Shown here in pieces: positions 27,808-42,688 of a stretch of 64,000 nt of DNA. The position numbers and the translations under genes are program-made. The notes under the pieces are model-generated. The model did no database searches and was not told where the DNA came from. It saw only the letters and a program-made list of their open reading frames with translations. Origin of the DNA: the human T2T-CHM13v2.0 reference genome, Homo sapiens; assembly GCF_009914755.1 (NCBI RefSeq), contig NC_060926.1; one strand, given 5' to 3'. Each line of letters begins with the position of its first letter. Positions within the stretch are counted from its first letter, which is position 1.

Positions 27808-30160
27808 CAAACATACCTTGAAGATATTGCAGGTTTGGTTACTGAACACTGCAATGAAGTATTGCAATAAAGTGAGTCACACAAGTTTTTTGGTTTCCCA
27901 GTACATATAAAAGTTATGTTTATACTATACTGTAGTATATTAAGTGAGCAATAACATTATGTCTTCAAAAAGTACATATCTTAATTCAAAAATACTGTAT
28001 TGCTGAAAAAAATCATAATAATTATCTGAGTTTTTTGCTGGTGGAGGGTTTTACCTCAATCTTGATGGCTGCTGGCTGATCAGTGTGGTGGTTGCTGAAG
28101 GTTGGGTGGCTGTGGCAATTTCTTAAGATGAGACAACAATGAAGTTTGCCACATCAATTGACTCTTCCTTTCATGACAGATTTCTTTGCATCATGTGATG
28201 CTGTTTGCATGTGATAGCATTTTACTCACAGTAGAACTTCTTTCAAAATCAGAGTCAGTCCTCTCAAATCCTGCTGCTGCTCCATCAACTAAATTTATTT
28301 AACATTCTAATTGTTTTGTTGTCGTTTCAACGATGTTCATTTCAACGATGTTCATAGCGTCTTCATCAGGAGAGCTTTCATCTTAAGAAACCACTTTCCT
28401 TGCTCATTCATAGAAAGCAACTGCTCATCCATCCAAGTTCTATCATGAGATAGCAGCAATTTAGTCATATTTTCAGGGTCCATTTCTTTCTAGATCTCTT
28501 ACTGTTTCTATCACATTTGCAGTAATCTCCTCCACTGAAGTCTTGAATGCCTCAGTTATCCATGAGATTACATTAAGTTCTAAACTCCTGTTAGTGTTGA
28601 TATTTTCACCCCTCCCATGAATCATAAATGTTCCTAAATGGCATCTAGAATGCTGGCTCCTTTTCTGAGGTTTTCAGTTTACTTTGACCAGATCATCACA
28701 CAAATCACAATCTATGGCAGCTATGGCCTTACAAAATGTATTTCTTAAGTCATAAGTCTTGAAAGTCAAAATTACTCCTTGATCCACAGGCTGCAGAAAG
28801 AATGTTGTGTTAGCAGGCATGAAACCATTAATCTCCTGTACCTCTCCGTCAGAGCACTTGGGTGACCAAGTACATTGTCAGTGAGCAGTAATCTTATAAA
28901 ATAAATCTTTTTTTTTCCTGATCAGCAGATCTCAATAGTGGGCTTAAAATATTCAGTAAACTGTGCTGTAAACAGATGTGCTGTCATCCAAGCTTTGTTG
29001 TTCCATTCACAGAGCACAGGCAGGGTATAATTAGCATAATTTTCCAAGGCCCTAGAATTTTTGGAATTGTCAGTGAGCACAGGCTTCAAGTCATCAGTTG
29101 CATTAGCCCCTAACAAGAGAGTCAGAGTGACTTTTGAAGCTATGAAATCAGACATTGGCTTCTCCTCTCTACCTGTGAAAGTCCTAGATAACATCTTCTT
29201 TTAATATAAGGCTGTCTATATTGAAAATCTGTTGTTTAGTGTAGCCACCTTTGTCGGTAATCTAAGCTAGATCTTCTGCTGCAGGTTCTACATCAGCACT
29301 TGCTGTTTCACTTTGTACTTTTATGTTACAGAGATGGCTTCTTTCCTTAAACCTCATAAAACAACCTATGCTAGCTTCGAACTTTTCTTCTGTAGCTTCC
29401 ACACCTCTCTCAGCCTTCAGAGAACTAAAGAGAGGTAGGGTCTTCCTCTGGATTAGGCTTTGGCATAAATGAATGTGGCAGAGTTGATCTCCTATCCAGA
29501 TCACTCAAACTTTTTCCATGTCAGCAATAAAGGTGTCTTACTTTTTTTTATTATTTGTGTGTTCACTGGAGTTGCATTTTTAATTTTCTTTAAAGCTTTT
29601 CATTTGCATTCACAACTTGGTGCAAAAGTCCTCACTTTAAGCCTATCTCAGCTTTTGACATGCTTTTCTCACTAAGTTTAACTATTTCTAGCTTTTGACT
29701 TAAAGGGAGAGAAATGTGATTCTTCCTTTCAGTTGAACACTTACAAGCCATTGTAGGGTTATTAATTCACCTAATTTCAATATTGTGGTGTCTTAGGATA
29801 TAGAGAAGCCTGATAAGAAGGAGAGAGATGGGGGAACAGATGGTGGTAGAGCATTCAGAACACACATAATGTTTACAGGTAAAATTTGACTTTTTATATG
29901 TGGTGTGGTTCACAATGCCCTCAAACAATTGCAATAGTAACATCCAATTTCACTGAGAACAGATCACCATATCAGATATAATAATAAAGAAAAAGTTTTA
30001 AATATTGCAGAAAATACCAAACTGTGATACAGAGACGTGATGTGAGCACATGCTGTTGGGAAAATGGCACCAACAGACTTGCTTGATGCAGGTTTGCCAC
30101 AAACCTTCAATTTGTAAAAATGAAATTATCTGTGAAGTGCAACAGAATGAGGTATGCCTG
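27808..30160 (-). mobile_element. Near full-length Tigger1 DNA transposon with a decayed transposase
   Basis: TIRs CAAACATACCT / AGGTATGCCTG with TA TSDs. Transposase fragments [21 protein letters not shown] (28922..29194) and [19 protein letters not shown] (29262..29504). Confidence 0.92.
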
Positions 30161-30410
30161 TATATGATTTGCAAATAATTTCTCCCATTTCGAAGATTGC
30201 CTTTTCACTGTGTTGTTTCCTTCATTGTGGAGATTTTTAGGTTGATGTAGTCTCACTTGTTTACTTTTGCTTTTATTGCCTGTGCCTTTTGTGTTAAATT
30301 CAAGAAGTCATTGCCAGACCAATGTCATGAAGCTGTTTCTCTGTGTCTTCTAGGAGTTTCATGGTTGCAACTTTTATTTTAAGTATTTAATCCATTTAAA
30401 GGTGACTTAA

Positions 30411-33400
30411 ATATTTTTTTTCATTTTTGTGGGTACATACTAGGTGCATGTATTTATGGGGCACATGAGATATCTCGATACAGGCATACAATGTATAATA
30501 ATCACATCAGGGTAAACAGCATATCTATCACCTCAAGCGTTTATCCTTTCTTTGTGTTGCAAACAATTCAATTCTACTTTTAGTTGTTTAAAAAAGTAAA
30601 ATAAATTATTGTTAACTGTAATCACTCCATTGTTCTATCCAACACTAGATATTATTCATTCTAATTATATCTTTGTATAATAATTAATAATCCCCACTTC
30701 CCCCAACCCACCTCTACCCTTCCCAGCCCGTAGAACCATCACTCTAGTTTCTATCTCTGTAAGTTCTATTGTTTTAATTTTTATCTCCCATAAGTAAGTG
30801 AAAATATGTGAAATTTGTCTTTCCGTGCCTAGCTTATTTCACTTAACATAATGAAGTCCATGTTGTTGCAAAAAAAAAGGATCTCATTCTTATTAATGGC
30901 TGAGTAATACTCCATCATATATATGTACCACATTTTTTTTCCTTCCAACTTTTAGGTTCAAGGGGTACATATGCAGGTTTACTACATGGATAAATTGTGT
31001 CCTGGGGCTTTAGGGTACAGATTATTTCATCACCTAGGTAATGAGCATAGTACCTGATAGGGAGTTTTTTGATCCTCTCCTTCCTCCTAGCCTCCACCTT
31101 TAAGTAGGCCCAGTGTCTATTGTTTCTTTCTTAGTGTCAATATATACTCAATGTTTAGTTCCCACTTATAAGTGAGAACAGGTGGTATTTGTTTTCTGTT
31201 CCTGTGCTAATATGCTTAGGATAATGGCCTCTAGCTCCATCCATGGTGCTGCAAAGGACATGATTTCATTCTTTTTTGGTATTCCATGGTGTATATGTAC
31301 CACATTTTCTTTATCCAGTCCTTCATTGATGGGCATCTAGGTTGATTTCATGTCTTTGCTATTGTGAATAGTGCTGCAATGAACATATGAATGTGTCTTT
31401 ATGACAGAATTATTTATATTCCTTTGGATATATATCCAGTAATAGAATTGCTGAGTCAAATGGTAGTTCTGTTTTAAGTTCTTTGTGAAATCTCCAAACT
31501 GTTTTCCATGGTGGCTGAACTAAGTTACATTTCCACCAGCAGTGTATAAGGATGGCATTTTCTCTGCAACCTTGCCAGCATCTGTTATATTTTGACTTTG
31601 TAACATTAGCCATTCTGACTGGTATGAGATGCTGTCTCATTGTGGTTTTGATTTGCATTTCCCTAATAATTAGTGATGTCAAGCATTTTATTCATATGCT
31701 TGTTGGCTGCATGTACATATTCTTTTGAGAAATGTCTCTTCATGTCCTTTGCCCATTTTTAAAATGGGGTTGTTTTTTACTGGTTAATTTGTTTCCGTTC
31801 CTTATAGATTCTGAATATTAGACCTTTGTCAGATGCATGGTTTGCAAATACTTTCTTCTACGCTGCAGGTTGTCTGTCTTACTCTGTTGATAGTTTATTT
31901 TGCTGTCCAGAAACTTTTAATTAGGTCCTCACTTGTCATTTTTTCTTTTTGCAATTGCTTTTGGAGTCTTTGCCATGAAATCTTTGCCAGGGCCAATGTC
32001 AAGAATGGTATTGTAGGTTTTCTCCTGGGATTTTTATAGTTTTAGGTTTTACATTCAAGTCTTTAATCCATTTTGAGTTGATTTTTGTATGTGGTGAAAG
32101 GAAGGAGTCCAGTTTCAATCGTCTTCTGCATATGGCTGGCTAGTTATCTCAGTAGCATTTATTGAATAGAGAGTCCTTTCTCCATTGCTTGTAGTTGTCA
32201 ATTTTGTTAAAGATCAGATAGTTGTAGGTGTGCAGCTTTATTTCTGGGTTCTCTATTCTTTTCAATTGGTCTATGTGACTGTTTTTGTATCAGTACTAAA
32301 CTGATACAAAACTGATACTTTGGCCTTGTAGCACAGTCTGAAAGTAGTGTTATGCTTTCAGCTTTGTTCTTTGTGCCTAGGATTGCTTTGGTTATTTGGG
32401 CTCTCTTTTGATTTCATATGAATTTTATAGTTGTTTTTTTCTAATTCTGTGGAAAAATGCCATTGGCAATTTGAGAGGAATAGCATTGAATCTATACATT
32501 GCTTTGGGCAGTATGGCCATTTGAGTGATATTGATTCTTCCGATCCACGAGCATGGAATGTTTTTCCATTTGTTTGTGTCATCTCTGATTTCTTTCAGCA
32601 ATGTTTTGTAATTCTTGTTGTAGAGATCTTTTGCCACCCTGATCAGCTGTATTCCTATGTATTTTATTCTTTCTGTGGCTATTGTGAATGGAATTGCATT
32701 CTTGCTTTGTCTCTCAGCTTGGACATTGTTGGTATATAGAAATGCTACTGATTTTGTACATTTATTTATTTATTTATTTTTGTATCTGAAACTGTTGAAG
32801 TTGTTTATCAGACCTAGGAGCCTCTAGGCAGAGACTATGGGGTTTTCTAGGTATAGAATCACACTATCTGTGAAGAGACATAGTTTGACTTCCTTTCTTC
32901 CTTCTGACTTCCTTTCTTCCTATTTAAATGCTTTTTATATCTTTCTCTTGCCTGATTGCTCTAGGTATAACTTCCAGTACTATGCTGAATAGGAGTGGTA
33001 GAGTGAACTTCCTTGTTTTGTTTTAGTTCTCAAGGGGAATGCTTCTAGTTTTTGCCCATTTATTATGGTGTTGGCTGTGGGTTTGTCATAGATGGCTCTT
33101 ATTATTTTGTGGTCTGTTCCTTCAATGCCTAGTTTGTTGAGGGTTTTTTAACATGAAGGGATGTTGAATTTTATTGGAAGCCTTTTCTGCCTTTATCGAG
33201 ATAATCATGGTTTTTGTTTTTAGTTCTGTTTATATGATGAATTACACTTATTGATTTGTGTGTGTTGAACCAACCTTGCATCCCAGGAATAAAGCCTACT
33301 TGAACATGGGATTAGCTTTTGATGTGCTGCTGGATTTGGTTCACTATTATTTTGTTGAGGATTTTTGCATCATGTTCATGAAAGATACTGGCTTGAAGTT

Positions 33401-36400
33401 TTCTTTTTTTCATTGTGTCTCTTCCACGTTTTGGTGTCAGAATAATGCTGGCCTTATAGAATGAGTTAGGGAGGCATCCCTCTTCCTCAAGTTTTTGGCT
33501 TAGTTTCTGTAGGACTGGTAATTTCTTTATATGTTTGGTAGAATTGAGCTGTGAATCTGTCTCATCCAGAGATTTTTCTGATTGGTAGGTTTTTCAATAC
33601 TGATTCAATTTCAGAACTCACTATTTGTTCAATTTTGATTTCTTCCTGGTTCAATCTTGGGAGGTTGTTTGTTTCTAGGAATTTATCCATTTCTTCTATG
33701 TTTTCTACTTTGTGTGTAGAGAGGTGTTTGTAATAGCCTCTGAGGGTTTTTTTTGTTATATTTCTGTGGGGTTGGTAGTAATGTCCCTTTCATCATTTCT
33801 GATAGTGTTTATTTGAATCTTCTCTCTCTCTTTTTATATTAGTCTAGCTAGCAGTCTATCAATCTTATTCTTTCAAAAAAACCAACTTTTGGTTTTGTTA
33901 ATCTTTGTATGGTGTTTCAAGTCTCAGTTTTGTTCAGTATAGCTCTGATTTTAATTATTTCATTTCTTCAGCTAGCTTTGGTATTGGTTTGCGCTTATTT
34001 TTCTGGTTCCTTTAGATGCGATGTTGTTAATTTGAGATCTTTCTAACTTCCTGATGTGGGTGTTTAACACTGTAAGTCTTCCACTTAACACTGCTTTAGT
34101 TGTGTCCCATAGATTCTGGTATGTTGTATCTTTGTTTTTATTAGTTTCAAAGACTTTATTAAGTTCTGCCTTAATTTCATTATTTGTCCAGATGTCATTC
34201 AGGAGCAGATTGTTTAATTTCCATATAATCATATGGTTTTGAGAGATCTTCCTGGTATTGATTTATATTTTTATTGTACTATGGTCCAAGTGTAGTTGTT
34301 ACGATTTAGGTTTTCTTTTAAGAATTGCTTTATTACGAAGCATGTGGTCAGTTTTAGAGTATGTGCCATGTGCAGATAAGAAGAATGTATATTCTGCTTT
34401 TGGTGGCAAGTTTTTTGTAGATGTCTGTTAGATCTATTTAGTTAAGTGTCAAGTTAGATTCTGAATATCTTTGTTAGTTTTCTGCCTCAATGATCTGTCT
34501 AACATTGTCAGTCGGGTGTTTAATTCTTCCACTATTATTGAAAAGTCTGCTGTTAGTCTGATGGGGTAACCTTTGTAGGTGATCTGCCCCTTCTCTATAG
34601 CTTTCTTTAATATTTTTTCTTTCACATTGATTTTGGAGAAGTTGATGACTATGTGTCTTGGGGATGGTCATCTTGTTCAGTATGTCACAGAAGTTCTCTG
34701 AATTTCCTGAATTTGAACGTTGACCTCTCTAGCAAGGTTGGGGAAACTTTTATGGACAATATCCTTAAATATGTTTTCCAAGCTGCTTGCCCTCAATCTC
34801 AATCCTTCTCTTTCAGGGACACCAATGAGTTGTAGGTTTGATCTCTTCACATAATCCCATATTTCTTGGATATTTTATTTATTCTTTTTAATTCTTTTTT
34901 CTTTTTTTTTTTGTCTGATTAGTTAATCTGAAGAACCAGACTTCTAGCTCTGAGATTATTTCCTCAGCTTGTTTCATTCTTCTGTTAATACTTCTGATTA
35001 TATTATGAAAATCTTATAGTGGGGTTTTCAGCTCTATCAGCTTAGTTGGGTTCTTTCTTAAGATGGTTATTTCTTCTTTCAGCTCTTGTATTGCTTCATT
35101 TAATTCCTTTGATTCCGTGGATTGGGTTTCAACTTTCTCTTGAATTTTGATGATCTTTATTGCCATCCAGATTCTAAATTCTATGTCTGACATTTCAGCC
35201 ATTTCAATCCAGTTAAGAACCATTCCTGGAGAGCTAGTGCAGTCATTTGGAGGTATGAAGACACTCTGGCTTTTTGAGTTGCCAGAGTTCTTGCACTGGT
35301 TCTTTCTCATCTGTGTGGGCTGATGTCCCTTTAATGTTTGAAGGTGCTGTCATATATTATACAATGAGATATCATCTCAACCCAGTTAAAATAACTTTTA
35401 TCTAAAAGACCAGCAATAACAAATGCTGGCAGGGATGTAGAAAACATTTTAACTGGGGTGAGATGATATTTCATTTGGATGGGGCTTTTTGCTTTTATAC
35501 TCTTTGAAGCCCTTGAGGATCTGATTGTGGTATAAGTTGGGCTCAGCTGACTGGCTTCATTTCTGGACAATTTCAGGGGGCCAAGATTCAGCTCATTACT
35601 CCCAGATTGCATGCTCTAACCCTGGGGGCTTGAACCAGGCCCATGTCTTTGTTCTCTGGCCCCTTGAGAATAAGTGTCTGCAGCACTGAAAGGACCAAGG
35701 TACTCCCTGTCCATTGGCAACAACACTCTAATGTGGGGTTCTGGCAAAAATGCTTCACTGGGGCAGTGGCAGCAGGGTGCATGTTTGTGCACATGAGCCA
35801 GTGGCAACAGGGTGGCAGTGCAGTGAGGTTCTTGGGCGCATGTGCCAGCAGCAACAGACAGTGACAAGGTAGCTGGGTCTCCACATGCATGTGCATCAGC
35901 AAATCAGTGAGGGAGGCTGCAAGTGAGTGCAAGCTGGCAAAGTGGTGGGGTGAGGCTGTGGGCAGATGCTTGCTGGCAGGGACCCTTCTGCAGAAGCTCT
36001 CTGATGGCTAGATGAGGTCAGCTTGCAAAGGAGCTATGGCAGTGGCTGCTGAGATGCACACAAATTGGAAATCTGAGGCTGTGCTGCAAGCTCATATAGG
36101 GGTTGTATGGTCTTCTGCAGCTAGGATTCTAGAGGCCCAAGTTGAGAGTGGGTCACTCCACACCTATTTAACTAATCTCTTCTCCGGGAGCTACTCAGTG
36201 CCCAGAATGAGTCCTGGTGCTTGGTAACCCAGTGCAGCGTTCCTAGCTTCCTCTTCCTTCAGCCCAGGGTCTGTGTCCTCCCTCTATCTACTCTCAATGG
36301 CTTCCTTCTGAAAATCTGCTCAGTGTGTGCCTGTATTCCTGATGGTCTGGTCTCTTAGTAGAAACAGCTCTTCCTGGCTGTGACTTAGTTGGCAACTTTG

Positions 36401-37060
36401 GATCTTCCCACATTTTCTTTATTCATTCATCTGTTGATGAACACTCTGGTTGCTTCCATATCTTGGCTATTGTGAATAGTGCTGCAATAAATATCAGAGT
36501 GTAGATATTTGACATGCTGGTTTCTATTTTTGGGGAATATACACCTAGCAGTGGGATTGCTGGATCATATGAAAATTCTATTTTTACATTTTTGAGGAAC
36601 CCCCAAATTGTTCTCTATAGTGAATGTTCTAATTTACATTCCAACCAACAGTGTATAAGTGTTTCCTTTTTTCTACATCCCTACCAGCATTTGTTATTGC
36701 CTGTCTTTTGAACAAAAGTTATTTTAACTGGGATGAGATGATATCTTATTATATTTGCATTTTGCTAATGATCAGTGATGTTCATTTCTTTGATTTGCAT
36801 TTCTCTAATGATCAATGATGTTGAGCATCTTTTCGTATATCTTTGCTGTGCATATATCTTCTTTTGAGAAATGTCTACTCAGATGTTTTGCCCATTTTTA
36901 ATTAGGTTATTAGGTTTTTTTCTTATAAAGTTGTTTAAATTTCTTACATGTTCTGTTTATTAATCCTTTGTCAGATGGATAGTTTGAAAATATTTTTTTC
37001 CCATTCTGTGAGATGTCTCTTCACTTTGTGGATTGTTTCCTTTGCTCTGCAGAAGCTTTT
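30411..37060 (-). mobile_element. L1MA-type 3' fragment (30411-30936 and 36408-37060) split by a younger L1
   Basis: TTTTGTGGGTACATACTAGG 3'-end signature. Sequence is continuous across TSD CCACATTTT (30928-30936 / 36408-36416). Confidence 0.75.
30937..36407 (-). mobile_element. Older L1PA/PB element with 5' UTR and an internal ORF1/ORF2 deletion near 34540
   Basis: ORF2 fragments ([26 protein letters not shown]), ORF1 N-terminus (35014..35310) and a GC-richer 5' UTR, flanked by TSD CCACATTTT. Confidence 0.85.
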
Positions 37061-38574
37061 AAATAGCTTTCTTTTTTTAAACTTAATTCAGCCAAAGGTT
37101 TGCCAATTTTGTTGATCTTTACAAGATCAATTCAATTTTGTTTTTTACTATTGTTTTTCTTTCTCCATTTTATTTCTGCTCTAATCTTTTTTTTTCTATT
37201 TTTTTCTTTCTCCATTTTATTTCTGCTCTAATCTTATTTTTCTAGACTTATTCTTCTTTTTGTGGTTTTTGTGAAGTTATGTTGTTTGATATATTTCTTT
37301 TTTAATGTAGATGTTTATCACTATAAAATTTCCTCAGTACTGCTTTTGTTGCATTCCATAAGTTTTGTTATGTTACATTTTCATTTAACTTGTCTCAAGA
37401 TATTTTCTACTTTTCCTCTTGATTTCTTCAACTCATTAGTTGTTCAAGAGTGTGTTGTTTAATTTCCATGTATTCATGAATTTTTGCTTTTCTTCTACCA
37501 TTAATTGCTAGTTTCATTCCATTTTGGCTCAAAAATATAGTTGATACAATTTCAATCTTCTTAAATTTGTTAGGACTTGTTTGGTTACATAATATGTGAC
37601 CTAGTCTGGAGAATGTTCCATGTGCACTCAAGAAGAATGTATATTCTGATGATGTTTTGTGAAATGTTTTGTATGTGTTTGTTAGGTCAATTTGGTCTAT
37701 AGTGTTAAGTTCTCTGTTTCATTACTGATGGTAATTACTGTCTGGATGGTCTAGCCACTATTGAAAATGGGGTATTAAAATCTCCTGCTATTATTGTTAC
37801 TATTTCTCCCTTCAGTTGTGCTGTTTGCTTCATATATTTGGGTGCTCTGATATTTGAGGTATATATATATATTTTTTTCATACATACACAAAATTGTTAT
37901 ATCTTCCTGGTGAATGGACCCTTTTATAATTATATGAGTCTTTTTTGTCTCTTTTGACAGTTTTTATGTTAAAGTCTATTTTGTCTAAGTTTGGCCAACA
38001 CTGTTCTCTTTTGGTTTTAGCTTTTAGTATCCTCTGCATAAAATAGTATCCTTTGCATAAAATATCTTTTTCTATTCTTTCACTTTCAGTTTATGTGTGT
38101 ACTACATGGAAAATGGATCTCTCATAGACAGTACACAGTTGATTCTTCTTTTTTCTATCCATTCAGCCACTGTATATCTTTTGATTACACAGTTAAATTC
38201 ATGTACATATAATTATTGATAGGAAAAGAATTACTATTGCTATTTTGTTGTCTTTTGTCTTACAGCTTTGTTGTCCCTCTTTTTATCTCTTCTTTTGTGT
38301 TTCCATGATTTTTTTGTAGTGACATGCTTTTGATTCCTTTCTCTTTTTGGTGTGTATCTTCTAGAGTTATTTTCTTTGTGCTTATCATGGGGCTTAAAGT
38401 ATCTTATAGTTAAAATAATCTGTTTTAAGCTGATAACAACTTCATTTCAATCTCTTACAAATACTCAAGACTTTTACTCTTTACCCTGACACACTGTTAC
38501 TGTCACAAATTACATTTTATATTGTGTATCAAAGTATTTTTATATTTATTTTATTCTTTTGTCTTTTAATTTCT

Positions 38575-38918
38575 TGTTTTACCCTATTTTTGCTGCTATA
38601 ACAGAATATCTGAAACTGGGTAACTGGGTAATTTAGAATAATTAGAAGGTTTCTTTTTGGCTCACAGTTTTGAAGAATGGGAAGTCCAAGATTGAAGGGT
38701 CAGCACTTGGCAAGAGCCTTGTTGTATGGTAGAAGGCAGAAGGGCAAGAGGGAGAAAAAGAGGGTCAAACTTACCATTTTATAACTGCACCAGTCCCACC
38801 TATGAGGGGGTAACCAACATGGCCTAATCACCTCTTAAGTGTCCTACCTCTTAATACTGTTAAAATGGCAATGAAATTTTAAGGAGTTTTGAAGGAGACA
38901 AACATTCAGGTCAAGGCA
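38575..38918 (-). mobile_element. MaLR (MST/MLT1-type) solo LTR
   Basis: TG..TGCTGCTATAACAGAATATCTGAAACTGGGTAA..GAGACAAACATTCAG..CA. Confidence 0.7.
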
Positions 38919-39363
38919 CTTCTATACCAGAATTAGAAGTGATTTATACATCACTGTTACAGGATTACAGCATTCTGTATTTGTCTATATATTTACCTTT
39001 ACCAGCAAGTTTTATACTTTTATGTGCTTTCATGTTGCTGTTTAGTGTCTTTTCCAAATTGAAGCATGTCCTTTAGGCTTTCTTGCAAGGCAGGTCTAGT
39101 GACAAAATCCCTCAGCTTTTATCTATCTGGGAAAATCTTTATTTCTCTATTTTTAAAGGATAGTTTCATTGGATATAATATTGGTAGTTGGCAGTCTGGT
39201 TTTTCTTTCAGCACTTTTATTATATCATCACTCTCTTCTGGCCTATAAGGTTTCTACTGAGAAATCTGCTGATAGTTTTATGAAGGCTCCCTTGCATATG
39301 ACAAGCTACTTTTTTTTTTCCTGGCTACTTGCAAAATTCTTTGACTTTTGAAAATTTGATTAC

Positions 39364-39723
39364 GATGGTCCCTGATTTAAGATGATTCAACTTGATATTT
39401 TTGACTTTATGATGGCACAAAAGCAATATACATTCAACAAAAACTGTACTTTGAGTATACATAAAACCATTCTCTTTTTCACATTCAGTACAGCATTTAA
39501 TAAATTACATGAAATATGCAACACTTTATTACAAAATAGTCTTTGTGTTAGATGATTTGGCCAAACTGTAGGCTAACCATGTTCTAAGAATGTTTAAGAT
39601 AGAGCAGTCCAAGCTATAATATTCCATAGGTTAGGTGTATTAAATGCATTTTTGACTTATGGTATATTCAACTTATGATGGGTTTATTGGGATGTAACCC
39701 CATGGTAAGTTGAGGAGCATCTG
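39364..39723 (-). mobile_element. MER47A-like Tigger MITE
   Basis: ~360 bp with termini GATGGTCCCTGATTTA / TAAGTTGAGGAGCATCTG. Confidence 0.75.
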
Positions 39724-39960
39724 CATAATGCATCTCAATGTAGATTTCTTTGGGTTCATCCTAGTTGGAGCTTGTTGGTCTTCTTGAATCTGGATGTCTA
39801 TTTTCTTCCCCAGATTTGGGAAATTTTCAACCATTATTTCTTTAAATAAGCCTTCTACCCCATTCTCTCTCTTTTCTACTTATGAAACTCCCATAATTTG
39901 ATTCACTTGATGATGTCTCATAATTTCCTTAGGCTTTCCTCACTCTTTTTGTTTCCCTGA

Positions 39961-40308
<348 letters not shown>

Positions 40309-42536
40309 TATTCTCATTTTTTCATGCATCGTTTTCTTGATGTTTTATTTCATCTTTACAACAATTATTTTGAATTATTTGCCAGGTAATTTGTATCACT
40401 TCATTTTATTAGATTTGTCTGGAGATTTATTTTGTTTCTTAGTTTGGACGGTATATCACTTTTTTTTTTTTTTTAATGTGACTCAACTTTGTGATAGGAT
40501 CCATGCATTTGAAGAGACAGCTACCTCTCCCTGTGTTTACACACTGGATTCATACAAAGGAAGACTTTCACCAAGCTAGACATTCTGGGAACTTCCAAAA
40601 CCTTTTTGGGAGAGATGCAACTTCTCTGGGTCTGTGCACATAATTTCTCAATTAGAGAAGCTTGCCTTTTTTTTTTTTTTTTTAGCTTGTAATCTTTCTC
40701 TCTCTCTCTCTCTGGTGTCTATATGTAGGATTACACATTCTCTGGTCCTACAGTAGCAATCTGCTGCACTCTCACTTGTTCTCAGTGGCCACCAGGAATC
40801 CAAAGTATGCTGTTTTCCTGTCAGCACCCTGTATCAGGAGAGGCAGATATCCCTCAGTCCTCTAGAACGTGCGATGCACAGTTCACTTCTTTTTCCCTCT
40901 TGAGAAAGAAACCACAAGTTGTGCAGCTCCTGATTATGTTGAGTCATGCCAGCTGCAGCAAGCTGACCCATGACTGTCCTTTGTTCTCAGAGACCCCCCC
41001 AGGTATACAAACTATGCTGGTTAAGTCAGTAGTCCGAGAGGCAGAAACCATTCCCTTGGGGCAGCCCTCCAAACAATCAGAATATTGGATGCATGCTTCG
41101 CTATTTTCCCTCCCTCCCAAAAGAGAAGCCTCAACTTGCATACCTTCTCTCAATCACACTAAGTCTTTCTGGCTGCAGCAAGCCTCCCTCCACCTGTTTT
41201 TGTTCTCAGTGATCCTACTGTCCCACCCCAAGCATCCAAATGATACATGGGGTAAGACAGAAATCAGTCACCAGGTTAGTCTTCCAAAAACCCTGAATGC
41301 TGAACTCATGCATGCACCACTCTTTTTTCCACCTTAGAGGAAGTCACAAGCTGGGCTGTTCTCTCCCAGTGCTAAGCTACGCTGACGTGGGTAAAATGAA
41401 ATTGCTTTTCTTACCTATTCAGTGTGGATATTCTGGTTTTGTTCCTGCCAGGGACAACTTCTTACCTGGATTCTGGAATTCTCCTAAAGGTATTTTGGTT
41501 TGCATATTGTTATATCAGTGTTTCTGTGGAGAAACAAGGGCTGGAACTTCCTATTTTGCCATCTTGCTAATGTTACTTCCTAGCAACTCAATTTTTAACT
41601 GGGTAGGTTAAGAACTTGTAAGAGATCAAATAAAACATGTTGGACATTCACTATTATAAGTGGTAGAAAATGCACTGATTATGTGAATCAACCAAACTTG
41701 GATCAATTCTAAAAATAAAACACTCAGGGAATATGCTTTTGTGAACAGGAAGATAGGGTTATTAATAATCACACTTACTGTATCAGGCTTCAATTTAGGA
41801 GTTGAGGAATAATGAGTTTTTCCTATTTACAATTAAGTTTCCAAACTTCCTGGGTCAGCTTTTTTCTTAAGCACTGAAGTGTTCCTGGATAAATGGCCTC
41901 TAAGGCACTATAGACCATCATTTTATGAAATTTTTATATATGAATAATGGTGAATGGCAGATGATGGCAAATAAATAAAAATGACACCTCTAGTATACAA
42001 TTACTACTCATGCTAAGATTTTTTTTTTAAAGAATGTGATTGATCTGCTTTTGTGTTTAATATCTTTAAAAAATTGGTTGGCTAATCTTGAATCCTTATA
42101 AATTCTAAATGAGAAGCAGAGGGACCCCATTTTTCCCATAGGAGCCTTGATGATTCTAGATGACTCAAATGAATTCTTTAGTATAGATATCTTTCCTGTC
42201 ATTCTAATATTACCAGAAGTATGTGAGTCTTTGGATTGAAAAAACATCTGATTCAAATTATAAACACATTTATTCCAATTAATTTTCTTTTACTTGCTGA
42301 AATCACCAGTACAGAATACTGGCCACCTCAAGACCACCCCCTTTGCCTTGAGATTATAAGAATTTGTGTCATATCAGAAATCAGACCCCAATCATTCCAG
42401 CTCTTTCATGCTCCTGCTGCTACTGCATAGTCCTTTGATTTCACAAACATCATTTAATTTCTTCCAACTCATAAGCCAACTCCTGAGTTTACTTTTTCTC
42501 CATTTAGTTGAAATTTATGATGGATAATTTAATTCG

Positions 42537-42688
42537 ATGGTACTCAAAGTAGGCTCGGTGGCCAGCATGGGCATTATCTGGTAATTTGTTAGAAATGCAG
42601 AATCTCAGGCACTTCCTGATCTGCATTTTAGAAATTACTTAAAAAGATCCCCATGTAATTTGTATGCACATTGATGGTTGAGAAGCCC
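42537..42688. mobile_element. MER5-like MITE
   Basis: TGGTACTCAAAGT..TGTTAGAAATGCAGAATCTCAGGC..TGCACATTGATGGTTGAGAAGC. Confidence 0.6.

Larger units (their letters stand above)
26560..30410 (-). mobile_element. Old L1M 3' region interrupted by MLT1A and Tigger1
   Basis: L1M 3' UTR/ORF2-end motifs; ..GATATTAACCCCT|TA..TATATGATTTGCAAAT continues across both insertions. Confidence 0.7.

Noticed and set aside
37148-37241. 48-bp tandem duplication, and similar small ones near 20195-20275, 28324 and 32886
   Set aside because: Ordinary slippage duplications in decayed repeats. Not arrays and not CRISPR-like.
40807-41611. 176-aa and 104-aa ORFs
   Set aside because: They lie antisense in a degraded L1M 5' region and show no recognisable motif.
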